64,000 bases of DNA, from the NCBI GenBank assembly GCA_032718475.1, contig JAUCBJ010006820.1:1-64000 (forward strand), given 5' to 3'. The first letter of the stretch is position 1. Every line of letters starts with the position of its first letter. Both the position numbers and the translations under genes were made by a program. Positions 23,029 through 35,698 of this stretch are shown here, piece by piece. Origin of the DNA: Nemertoderma westbladi. Its lineage: Eukaryota; Animalia; Xenacoelomorpha. The notes beneath the pieces were generated by a model. The model was not told where the DNA came from, ran no database searches, and saw only the letters and a list, made by a program, of their open reading frames with translations.

Positions 23029-26000
23029 CAGGACAACAGCTGTTTGACCCTTTAAGCTATATTACACCTAACCAAAGGACAACCAGCTGTTTGACCCTTT
23101 AGCTATATTAAACCTAACCAAAGGACAGCAGCTGTTTGACCCTTTAGCTATATTAAACCTAACCAAAGGACAACAGCTGTTTGACCCTTTAAGCTATATT
23201 AAACCTAACCAAAGGACAACAGCTGTTTGACCCCTTAGATATATTAAACCTAACCAAAGGACAACCAGCTGTTTGACCCTTTAGCTATATTAAACCTAAC
23301 CAAAGGACAGCAGCTGTTTGACCCTTTAGCTATATTAAACCTAACCAAAGGACAACAGCTGTTTGACCCTTTAAGCTATATTAAACCTAACCAAAGGACA
23401 ACAGCTGTTTGACCCCTTAGATATATTAAACCTAACCAAAGGACAACCAGCTGTTTGACCCTTTAGCTATATTAAACCTAACCAAAGGACAGCCAGCTGT
23501 TTGACCCTTTAGCTATATTAAACCTAACCAAAGGACAACAGCTGTTTGACCCTTTAAGCTATATTACACCTAACCAAAGGACAGCCAGCTGTTTGACCCT
23601 TTAGCTATATTAAACCTAACCAAAGGACAGCCAGCTGTTTGACCCTTTAGCTATATTACACCTAACCAAAGGACAGCAGCTGTTTGACCCTTTAAGCTAT
23701 ATTAAACCTAACCAAAGGACAACCAGCTGTTTGACCCTTTAGCTATATTACACCTAACCAAAGGACAGCAGCTGTTTGACCCTTTAGCTATATTAAACCT
23801 AACCAATGGACAGCCAGCTGTTTGACCCTTTAGCTATATTACACCTAACCAAAGGACAACAGCTGTTTGACCCTTTAAGCTATATTAAACCTAACCAAAG
23901 GACAACCAGCTGTTTGACCCTTTAGCTATATTACACCTAACCAAAGGACAGCAGCTGTTTGACCCTTTAGCTATATTAAACCTAACCAATGGACAGCCAG
24001 CTGTTTGACTCTTTAGCTATATTACACCTAACGAAAGGACAACCAGCTGTTTGACCCGTTAGCTATATTACACCTAACCAAAGGACAACAGCTGTTTGAC
24101 CCTTTAAGCTATATTACACCTAACCAAAGGACAACCAGCTGTTTGACCCTTTAGCTATATTACACCTAACTAAAGGACAGCAGCTGTTTGACCCTTTAAG
24201 CTATATTACACCTAACCAAAGGACAACAGCTGTTTGACCCTTTAGCTATATTACACCTAACCAAAGGACAACAGCTATTTGACCCTTTAGCTATATTAAA
24301 CCTAACCAAAGGACAACCAGCTGTTTGACCCTTTAGCTATATTACACCTAACCAAAGGACAACCAGCTGTTTGACCCGTTAGCTATATTACACCTAACCA
24401 AAGGACAGCAGCTGTTTGACCCTTTAGCTATATTAAACCTAACCAAAGGACAGCCAGCTGTTTGACCCTTTAGATATATTACACCTAACCAAAGGACAGC
24501 AGCTGTTTGACCCTTTAGCTATATTACACCTAACCAAGGGACAGCAGCTGTTTGACCCTTTAGCTATATTACACCTAACCAAAGGGCAGTCAGCTGTTTG
24601 ACCCTTTAGCTATATTAAACCTAACCAAAGGACAACCAGCTGTTTGACCCGTTAGCTATATTACACCTAACCAAAGGACAACCAGCTGTTTGACCCGTTA
24701 GCTATATTACACCTAACCAAAGGACAGCAGCTGTTTGACCCGTTAGCTATATTACACCTAACCAAAGGACAGCAGCTGTTTGACCCTTTAGCTATATTAA
24801 ACCTAACCAAAGGACAGCAGCTGTTTGACCCTTTAGCTATATTACACCTAACCAAAGGACAGTCAGCTGTTTGACCCTTTAGATATATTACACCTAACCA
24901 AAGGACAGCAGCTGTTTGACCCTTTAGATATATTACACCTAACCAAAGGACAGCAGCTGTTTGACCCTTTAGCTCTCTATATTACACCTAACCAAAGGAC
25001 AGCAGCTGTTTGACCCTTTAGCTATATTACACCTAACCAAAGGACAGTCAGCTGTTTGACCCTTTAGCTATATTACACCTAACCAAAGGACAGCAGCTGT
25101 TTGACCCTTTAGCTATATTACACCTAACCAAAGGACAGCAGCTGTTTGACACGTTAGCTATATTACACCTAACGAAAGGACAACAGCTGTTTGACCCGTT
25201 AGCTATATTAAACCTAACCAAAGGACAACATCTGTTTGACCCGTTAGCTATATTAAACCTAACCAAAGGACAACAGCTGTTTGACCCGTTAGCTATATTA
25301 CACCTAACGAAAGGACAGTCAGCTGTTTGACCCGTTAGCTATATTACACCTAACGAAAGGACAACAGCTGTTTGACCCGTTAGCTATATTATACCTAACC
25401 AAAGGACAACCAGCTGTTTGACCCTTTAGCTCTATATTACACCTAACCAAAGGACAGCAGCTGTTTGACCCTTTAGCTATATTACACCTAACCAAAGGAC
25501 AGTCAGCTGTTTGACCCTTTAGATATATTACACCTAACCAAAGGACAGCAGCTGTTTGACCCTTTAGCTATATTACACCTAACCAAAGGACAGCAGCTGT
25601 TTGACCCTTTAGCTATATTACACCTAACCAAAGGACAGTCAGCTGTTTGACCCTTTAGATATATTACACCTAACCAAAGGACAGCAGCTGTTTGACCCTT
25701 TAGCTATATTACACCTAACCAAAGGACAGCAGCTGTTTGACCCGTTAGCTATATTACACCTAACGAAAGGACAACAGCTGTTTGACCCGTTAGCTATATT
25801 ACACCTAACCAAAAGACAGCAGCTGTTTGACCCGTTAGCTATATTACACCTAACGAAAGGACAACAGCTGTTTGACCCGTTAGCTATATTACACCTAACG
25901 AAAGGACAGCCAGCTGTTTGACCCGTTAGCTATATTACACCTAACGAAAGGACAACAGCTGTTTGACCCGTTAGCTATATTACATCTAACCAAAGGACAA

Positions 26001-28654
26001 CCAGCTGTTTGACCCGTTAGCATATTACACCTAACGAAAGGACAACCAGCTGTTTGACCCGTTAGCTATATTACATCTAACCAAAGGACAACCAGCTGTT
26101 TGACCCGTTAGCATATTAAACCTAACCAAAGGACAACCAGCTGTTTGACCCGTTAGCTATATTACACCTAACGAAAGGACAACCAGCTGTTTGACCCGTT
26201 AGCTATATTACACCTAACGAAAGGACAACCAGCTGTTTGTCCCTTTAGCTATATTACACCTAACCAAAAGACAGCAGCTGTTTGACCCGTTAGCTATATT
26301 ACACCTAACGAAAGGACAACAGCTGTTTGACCTGTTAGCTATATTACACCTAACGAAAGGACAGCCAGCTGTTTGACCCGTTAGCTATATTACACCTAAC
26401 GAAAGGACAACAGCTGTTTGACCCGTTAGCTATATTACATCTAACCAAAGGACAACCAGCTGTTTGACCCGTTAGCATATTACACCTAACGAAAGGACAA
26501 CCAGCTGTTTGACCCTTTAGCTATATTACACCTAACCAAAGGACAGCAGCTGTTTGACCCTTTAGCTATATTACACCTAACCAAAGGACAGCAGCTGTTT
26601 GACCCTTTAGCTATATTACACCTAACCAAAGGACAGCAGCTGTTTGACCCGTTAGCTATATTACACCTAACCAAAGGACAGCAGCTGTTTGACCCTTTAG
26701 CATATTGCACCTAACCAAAGGACAACCAGCTGTTTGACCCGTTAGCTATATTACACCTAACCAAAGGACAACCAGCTGTTTGACCCGTTAGCTATATTAC
26801 ACCTAACCAAAGGACAACCAGCTGTTTGACCCGTTAGCTATATTACACCTAACCAAAGGACAGCAGCTGTTTGACCCTTTAGCATATTACACCTAACCAA
26901 AGGACAACCAGCTGTTTGACCCGTTAGCTATATTACACCTAACCAAAGGACAAACAGCTGTTTGACCCGTTAGCTATATTACACCTAACCAAAGGACAAC
27001 AGCTGTTTGACCCTTTAGCTATATTACACCTAACGAAAGGACAACAGCTGTTTGACCCTTTAGCTATATTACACCTAACCAAAGGACAGCAGCTGTTTGA
27101 CCCTTTAAGCTATATTACACCTAACCAAAGGACAGCAGCTGTTTGACCCTTTAGATATATTACACCTAACCAAAGGACAGCAGCACTTTGACCCTTTAGA
27201 TATATTACACCTAACGAAAGGACAACAGCTGTTTGACCCTTTAGCTATATTACACCTAACGAAAGGACAACAGCTGTTTGACCCTTTAGCTATATTACAC
27301 CTAACCAAAGGACAGCAGCTGTTTGACCCTTTAGCTATATTACACCTAACCAAAGGACAGCAGCTGTTTGACCCTTTAGATATATTACACCTAACCAAAG
27401 GACAGCAGCTGTTTGACCCTTTAGCTATATTACACCTAACCAAAGGACAGCAGCTGTTTGACCCGTTAGCTATATTATACCTAACCAAAGGACAACCAGC
27501 TGTTTGACCCTTTAGCTATATTAAACCTAACCAAAGGACAGCAGCTGCTTGACCCCTTAGATATATTAAACCTAACCAAAGGACAGCAGCTGTTTGACCC
27601 TTTAGCTATATTACACCTAACCAAAGGACAGCAGCTGTTTGACCCTTTAGCTATATTACACCTAACCAAAGGACAGCAGCTGTTTGACCCTTTAGCTATA
27701 TTACACCTAACCAAAGGACAGCAGCTGTTTGACCCGTTAGCTATATTATACCTAACCAAAGGACAACCAGCTGTTTGACCCTTTAGCTATATTAAACCTA
27801 ACCAAAGGACAGCAGCTGCTTGACCCCTTAGATATATTAAACCTAACCAAAGGACAGCAGCTGTTTGACCCTTTAGCTATATTACACCTAACCAAAGGAC
27901 AGCAGCTGTTTGACCCTTTAGCTATATTACACCTAACCAAAGGACAGCAGCTGTTTGACCCGTTAGCTATATTATACCTAACCAAAGGACAACCAGCTGC
28001 TTGACCCCTTAGATATATTAAACCTAACCAAAGGACAGCAGCTGCTTGACCCCTTAGATATATTAAACCTAACCAAAGGACAGCAGCTGTTTGACCCTTT
28101 AGCTATATTACACCTAACCAAAGGACAGCAGCTGTTTGACCCGTTAGCTATATTATACCTAACCAAAGGACAACCAGCTGCTTGACCCCTTAGATATATT
28201 AAACCTAACCAAAGGACAGCAGCTGCTTGACCCCTTAGATATATTAAACCTAACCAAAGGACAGCAGCTGCTTGACCCCTTAGATATATTAAACCTAACC
28301 AAAGGACAGCAGCTGTTTGACCCTTTAGCTATATTAAACCTAACCAAAGGACAGCAGCTGCTTGACCCCTTAGATATATTAAACCTAACCAAAGGACAGC
28401 AGCTGCTTGACCCCTTAGATATATTAAACCTAACCAAACGACAGCAGCTGTTTGACCCTTTAGCTATATTACACCTAACCAAAGGACAACCAGCTGTTTG
28501 ACCCTTTAGCTATATTACACCTAACCAAAGGACAGCAGCTGTTTGACCCGTTAGCTATATTACACCTAACCAAAGGACAACCAGCTGTTTGACCCGTTAG
28601 CTATATTACACCTAACCAAAGGACAGCAGCTGTTTGACCCGTTAGCTATATTAC
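23029..28654. repeat. ~5.6-kb satellite with a 45-46 bp unit, ~120 copies
   Basis: Unit GGACAGCAGCTGTTTGACCCTTTAGCTATATTACACCTAACCAAA, with local higher-order periodicity (e.g. 182 bp between 23191 and 23373). Confidence 0.97.
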
Positions 28655-29479
28655 TATACCATCTCCTCCATTGTTTTGTACATTTGGTGCGATATTGTTT
28701 ATTTGTTGCAATTTATTTTAAATATAATACAAATATTTCACTTTTTTGTTATGTATGAAATATTCTTAAGACGTTGTGATTTCTAGTTGTGTAGCAGGTC
28801 GACTCAGGGGGGGGGGGGGGGGGGGGGGGTATTTTATAATTTTTATTGTAATTTATCTGTATCTTTGAGTCAGGTTTGTTGGCAAAACCGAGATTTCGTG
28901 ACTTTTCATAAAATCTAAGGGGCATCCAATAGCGAAAACGACATTTACATGGCTATGTTAGTTTTCGTGCTGTGGTACCTTTCTGGAACCCATCACCAGT
29001 ATAGTATTTCTCGTGCTAAAATTTTTAGGTCTCACTAAAATTATTTTATTTGTGGTACATAGCGGTTTTTTTTTGGATGCTGATCACAATTATAGAACTC
29101 AAATATAACATTCGAGAAATTTTTTGTTAATTTTGAATGTGCCCTCTGGAGCACGAAAAAAACAAGTAGTGCAAATATGATAATGAAACATCACCACAAA
29201 ATCAAATTGATTATATGACCATATGGGTTTTTGGGAAACTGATCATGAATATGACACTGAAATATATCCTACATTGTTGATAATGGGATCAATGTGCAGC
29301 ACGAAAAATACAAGTACTAACCAGTACTCATTCCAGCTAAACAATTAAACTATACTCCTTCTAAATCCTCATCATCAGCCCTCAATACGTGGTCAGTAGC
29401 CTTAACTTTGACATTCCTTGATACTTTTACGTCAATTTTATCTCATAGTAACTAACATCTGAGATGCTGGCAGCCACCT

Positions 29480-30694
29480 TGTTCGCGCTTTCAGACCTTT
29501 GGCAGTTTAACCCGCCAAATTAGGATGTCTTCTAGATAATAAATCACGTTTAGCCTCTGACAAGTATTTTATTCACTACACTAGTCGAAACCAATCGGTG
29601 CGCGATCATTCACCCGCTGGATATACCCGGGAGATTGGGTTCGACGGCTTAATCGTATTGCTATGTAAGCCTAATGTATTATTCGACTGACAGTATTATA
29701 TAATCTCTGACAATATTATTCACCTTCGGGGAATATTAACAGTTCCTTTAGGACGTGGCGCTCTATCTATAAAAACAGAGTTATGACTTAAACTACTCAC
29801 AACGATATGGCTTAGTTACAATTCACATATATGGCGCATTCTTTAGGAAATGCTTCGTTATCAGTCTCACTCATACACAATGCTGCACAATACTGCACAC
29901 TGATCTGCCGATCTTCACTGATTTTAGTCACATATAAAGGGAACACGGACCGAATCATGTAGGGTCTATCAAATAACATTAGATTCACTTCAAACCACTT
30001 TAACATAAGTCACAATCGTTATATGTAACCTTTCTCTCTTACCTTCGGTATATCAAGAATATTGGGTTTCGGGGTTATTTCTCGTTATTCCAAATATAAT
30101 AATTCATCAACAAATATAATGAATAACCGACAGCAAAGCAGTAATGTTAAGTAAGATAAATGCAATGAGATAACCAGTGAGATATTAAGTCAGTGAGTTG
30201 AGATATCAAGTTTGGTTTGATAACGGATATATGTCCTTATAATTAAGCCTACTAGTGTTAGGCTAAAAGCAGAAAAGCACAAAATATTCTAAAGCCGTTC
30301 TTTCCTGGCTCAGGACAGAATGTAAACACTGCCCATAAAGCATGGAGTGATTTCTAGGAAATTTCTGTACAAGAGCCATAAAAATGCTCTGATTGGCTGA
30401 CTGAACTGAGAGATGCCGTAGAACAAAGAAAATCGACACGTATGAATGTCAGCTGTTAACCGTCGTCATAGTAACTACTGTTCAAGAGTAGCTATCACCT
30501 TTTGCGTCACGGAATTGCCATAGAATCATCAACTATGCCTTCCACAGTACACATACAGAAGAAATAGCTCTTAGATCCTCTAAAAACACCGATACAGCAA
30601 TAATACGGCCTCTTACGCCTATTAAACCAACTACAGAGTATTTTACGGGAAAAATAAGAGAAAATAACCGGGCAATTCAGCAAAAGCTTTTACA
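29480..30694 (-). repeat. 3' LTR of element A (1215 bp)
   Basis: Matches the split 5' LTR with about 8 substitutions seen by eye. Sense starts TGTAAAAGC and ends GCGCGAACA. It is preceded by GGGAGCGG (PPT-like, 30695-30702). Confidence 0.95.
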
Positions 30695-33600
30695 CCGCTC
30701 CCAGAAAATGGGATTTTCAGTCTATAAAATATAAAAATCACAGTTTCTAAAACATAAAGATACTCTAAACAGTTAGTTTTCTTTGCGCGGACGGCGTTTA
30801 CGCAGTTTCCCGAGGCTAGCCAGAGTCCTTTTCTCTTTGGGGCGAGCCACTTTACTAGGAAGGCTATAACTCCTGGGTAAAGGGTGCAATACAATTGCAT
30901 TAGAAGGTTTGGGTTTACGGTCGGTGTCTCGTCCAGTTCGATATGCTTCTCCTCGAGCTGATTTTCCTCCGCTTGTCATGGGATACGTTCGTCCAAAACT
31001 CTCGCAGAGAATAGGGTTTTCTAAGCTTGATATCTTCTTAGAGATTCGAGATTTCCCAATCGAACTGAGATAAGGCTAATTCGTTTATCGATTGGACTTA
31101 CTGTTATGACTTACGTTTATCTGAACAAACGCAGATTTCTTTTTTGATCTTGATAGAATAGCGTTTAACTCGTTTCGTACAACGCTCTCCTTCACCTTGA
31201 TGAAGGGTTGTATCGCGTTAAACGGGACGACCATCCGGTTGGATAGTGATATTAGGTGTCCGCGTCACAATCCGGCTAGGTAAGATGGGCGGCTAGCTAG
31301 AAATCACTGTCGGAGTGTTACCGATTAATTGTTAGGGTAGCACTAGATCTTTGAACAGTGAATACAGTCCGCGAGGATCCGCGACACCACCAGGATCGCA
31401 GGTCTGAGGTCCAACTAAGGAATGAGGAGGTTTGACCGAGTATTCCGGGACTCTGATCGTAGGTTTACTCCAGGATCGTTCGAGCCGAGTGAGCATAGGT
31501 GATACGTCAAACAAGTTTCGCTCGAAACTCCAGTAAATATAACGAGCACAACTGTGTTTAACACAACGTTTCCGTGGATGTTTATGTCTTTCCGTTTATT
31601 GGCTGGGTCTAGGGCATTTATCGTAATAATACCAAAGACGCACGTCTTGAAGGAGAAACGCGGGTGATATTTATTTGTTGTTATAATGCTTCTATCAAGA
31701 ATTCCAAATATATATTGGAGTTACCGCGTTTATTTGTTTCTTTAATGTCTTTTCTTTCGAGTCGATTTCGAATAGGATTTTCGCATTAGAATTTTGGTTT
31801 ATCGTTTCGACTCCTCTGGGGAGAATATGTTCGACATAGTCCGTATCGTGTAAATTGATAGAATTGCCAATGGTTAAGAAGTCCATATACATACCATTAC
31901 AATGCGTGTAGCGAGCGGTGAATTTTCCATAGTCCAATTCACGCGTAAGTTACTTCCAGGAAATCGTAGGTTCGATATAACGACCATCATCCTTCGTAGT
32001 AGTTGGACTAGTATCACCGCGTATCAAGCTATCAACAAATGTTTGAAAGTAGAGTATATCGCTCCCCGATACCAAGACCATCTTCTATCAACTCCGTCAT
32101 ATCTGCTATATATGAGTTTATCCATATTATAATGAGTTTATATTTAGGCTAGCGAGCGTCGCTGCCTACCCCAATCAGCCCCCGGACAGTGCGAGATCCT
32201 CAGCGCCGATGTGTCGTCGCCGCTGTACTTTCGCCAACGACGTAGCCGCACAACGACAACGACAACCGGCACAAGTCACTCGACTGTCCGTCCCAAAGGC
32301 TTAGATACACCTCAGGTTCTTACTGGAGAGTTAGGGTTACTTTCACAATTGCGACTCGCTACTGTAAACACACCTTACTAGTAACATTCGCCTATAAACT
32401 CACAAATACCACACACACAACTTGTCACAAATCACACACACTCGGGCCATTTGTCCGTTAGTCAATGCCTTCCAGAATGTCACTGTATTATTATGTATCC
32501 TTGGATACTAGTAGTGCGCTATTTATTCCCTATGCTATTCAATGGGACAAGCTTTCTATTGTTCTTTTAACTCAATTCTAATTCTAGCGTGGTTGTTGCT
32601 ATGGTGACATTATGTAAAGCTAGCGGTAGAATTAGGGTAATTCCAATGCATACAGATCTGGGATGTTATTTAATAGTAATTCTTTAATGGTCAATGTCCT
32701 GTTTTATACATGACTTTATGAATTTTATCGGCTATTGACTATGTTTGGGAGACTTCGCACACTCATACGCATAATAAGATAAATCTCCGCTCCCTTGATC
32801 TATTAATTAATGGAATTTTGGGAATGTTATAAATTACGTAAAAATGGCAATTTATTAAATTCATTAAAAGGCATGAATTTAAATTTATTCCCTGAAATTT
32901 TATAATTTGATAATTAAATTGACATATTTTGATTCTAGAACATGTCTGGGGACACAAGATCCTTAATTCTATGAAAATTGTCTTTTTAAGAATATCGGTA
33001 AATGCTACGATATCTTAATTGACTAGAATGGTTGAAGGATCTGAATTTTACAGATTTTTGATTTATTAGATTTGCAAATATTAAATAATTAATATTTGAG
33101 ATGGGCACCGATTTATTCCAGAACTTGTCTGGGGACATTAACCACTGATTCTAGAATTTGTCTTTCAAGTATATCGGTGGGTGCCACGATATCTTAATCG
33201 ACTAGAATTACAGATGGTCAAAGGGTTTAACAGATTTATTTTGCGTTATACGCTACTGTTAAAGGGACATCACGCTACTATATGTATTATTTAATATACG
33301 GTATGAGAGCAATATCGCACGAAGCAATGTCAGTGTGAAGAGGCAAGTCGTTTCCAAGGTCTACCCAGAGCTTGGTTTAGCCGAGACACGAGGATCTGAA
33401 CTTTGCATTCCTAATACTCTGCCTACCAATAATACTTGAATATAGTAGTGGCTTTATTGTACTTTAATAAGTACGGACATTTCATCTTACTGTAGTTACG
33501 TATTTATAATATAATACGGACAGTAAGGAAAGAGAAAAAACACTTGTTTCTCACCGTCACACTAAATATAATATAAGTAATTACGTACGCAATAAACACG

Positions 33601-33754
33601 AATATATTGCACTATTCTACTAAATAATCGCTAAATAATATTCTACTAAATTAAATAAAACGATTATAATAAAATTACATAGTAATACATACATAAATAT
33701 AAAAATAATAAAATAATATAAAATAATAGAGTCACACGCCCACTCCGAACGATA

Positions 33755-35698
33755 TTAAGTTGGGGAGTCCCTAGATGTGGGTTGGATTAGGGAAGTGGTC
33801 GTGGGAAGAGTTTCTTGCCTTCCATAGTTTCCGGAGAGTTCTCTGTCTCTTTCCAGTAAACATAAACGACCCACTGGGCGGTTGAGCTGTTGAGTCTCAA
33901 AGACTATCCCTGGTTTCTTAAAGTTACGCCGCATGACGACGAGTTCTACTGATCGCACCAAACCATCGCTCGAGATATGAGTCTCGATGATACGTCCTGT
34001 TTGCCATCGCTTACGTGGGAGATCGGGGTCCACAATAAGCACCATGTCTCCAGCGCTGACGTTTTCTTGCTGCGCAAACCACTTAGTTCGAAGTTGTAGA
34101 GTGGGCAGGTAATGTTTCTCGAAATGGTCAGCGAAACGACGGGATAGCAACTGCATAAGTTGCCAGGTTCGACGGCAGTACTCGTCTCCGTCTGTGATCT
34201 CCGATCGTGGGAGCATGGCTACGGGTTTCTTCAGTAGAAAGTGCGCGGGTGTTAGCGCTTCCAGGGAATCAGGACTTGAAGAGACTGGCATAAGCGGTCT
34301 TTCGTTGAGATAGGCGGCGATTTCCTCCATTAACGTCCGCAATAGTTCGTCGGTGAGATAAGCGCGACAAGGTACAATAAAGTGGAACGCAGTCTTCACG
34401 CTCCTAATCAATCTCTCCCAACTTCCTCCCCACCAAGGGGCGTCGGCGGCGTTGAAGGTCCAGCTAGACGCTGTTATCTTTAGCTGATCGTCCACCTGTC
34501 TTTTGTTCCAGTCCTTTACGTAAGCTTGAATTTCGTTGTTGGCGCCAATGAAGTTCGTTCCCTTATCCGATCTCATCGTGTTACTGGTTCCGAAACGAGC
34601 GATCTGTCGTCGTAAACTCAACACGAAGCTGTTGGTGGATAGATCGTTTACCATATCGAGATGGATAGCTCTACAAGTCATACAAACGAAGATGACACAC
34701 CATCTCTTGACTATAGTCCGGGCACGATATACTTCAATAGGGCCAAATAAATCCACACCGGTATTAGTAAAGGGTGGTTCATAGAAGCTTACTCTTTCCC
34801 TAGGTAATTCTGCCTCTCGCTGTGTCAAAGGCCTACTGAATGCTTTCCTACAGGGTATGCAGTTCCTAAGGACTTGGTTCAGAGCCCTACGGGGTTTATA
34901 AAAATAGAAGCGAGTTCGAATTTCGCTCAGAACTCGTTCTCTTCCAGCATGATACAGTTTGCTATGAACATCTACAATCATCTTGATTTGTATGTCAAGA
35001 TTTCTAATGAGTATGGGAAACTTAGTGTCAAAGGATAATGGGGCGTTGGTAAGCCTGCCTCCAACACGTATTAACCCATCTATCATTGTACTAGAGAAGC
35101 GATCCCTTAAGCGCATCTGCGGATTTCTTAACAACAGGAAATACTTATCGGAATCCTCATAGCATTGTAGGAGTCTCAGCATCTGTTTGTTGGTTTCATC
35201 ATGCTCCTGGTAACTGATCTTCTCCTTTAGAAACCTGTCGGATATCTTGTATTTAGGAAGATCTTTAACAACATGGACTCGTGCAGATGTTGATGGAGCA
35301 TCATCACTATTGGTCTTTGTCCCGGAGTAACGATGATGAAAACATCGTTTTAAATAGGTGACGGCTTTACAGAGCCGATTCCAGGAACTGTAGTGACGTA
35401 TCGCTCTCTGCAAGAGGGGTGAGAGTCCTTGCGCGATATCTGGTATTCCAGATTTCCAATCCTCTTTCCGGATTCCGGATTTCCAAGACTTCTTTAGTCG
35501 TGGCGGTGGGTTTCTGATCCAAAGCATCCTCTCCTGAAGTAAATAATACAGATAGATCAACCGCAGGTTTAAACAACTTCGATTTACTCGCTCGAGTTTT
35601 GGGTTTAACTTTCTCCGCTCCCTTGGCCTGTCTGATCTCTGCTGTTGTGAGATGGGGAGGCCATTCTTCTTCTTCTCTGTAGAGAAAGTCGGGTCCAC
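33755..35698 (-). CDS. Integrase portion of element A polyprotein (separate frame; the true join lies at ~35700-35420)
   Basis: SSWNRL, HHCC (HSKLYH...CIPC), TGVDLFGP, RSDKGTNF, WERLIRSVK, LTPAHFL and GDMVLI...W..GRI, typical of BEL/Pao integrase. Confidence 0.92.
   Translation of the reverse strand: MDPTFSTEKKKNGLPISQQQRSDRPRERRKLNPKLERVNRSCLNLRLIYLYYLLQERMLWIRNPPPRLKKSWKSGIRKEDWKSGIPDIAQGLSPLLQRAIRHYSSWNRLCKAVTYLKRCFHHRYSGTKTNSDDAPSTSARVHVVKDLPKYKISDRFLKEKISYQEHDETNKQMLRLLQCYEDSDKYFLLLRNPQMRLRDRFSSTMIDGLIRVGGRLTNAPLSFDTKFPILIRNLDIQIKMIVDVHSKLYHAGRERVLSEIRTRFYFYKPRRALNQVLRNCIPCRKAFSRPLTQREAELPRERVSFYEPPFTNTGVDLFGPIEVYRARTIVKRWCVIFVCMTCRAIHLDMVNDLSTNSFVLSLRRQIARFGTSNTMRSDKGTNFIGANNEIQAYVKDWNKRQVDDQLKITASSWTFNAADAPWWGGSWERLIRSVKTAFHFIVPCRAYLTDELLRTLMEEIAAYLNERPLMPVSSSPDSLEALTPAHFLLKKPVAMLPRSEITDGDEYCRRTWQLMQLLSRRFADHFEKHYLPTLQLRTKWFAQQENVSAGDMVLIVDPDLPRKRWQTGRIIETHISSDGLVRSVELVVMRRNFKKPGIVFETQQLNRPVGRLCLLERDRELSGNYGRQETLPTTTSLIQPTSRDSPT

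Noticed and set aside
23029-28654. CRISPR-like array or Cys-rich repeat protein
   Set aside because: Head-to-tail units without unique spacers, no cas genes, eukaryotic context. The 45/46-bp length variation breaks the frames.
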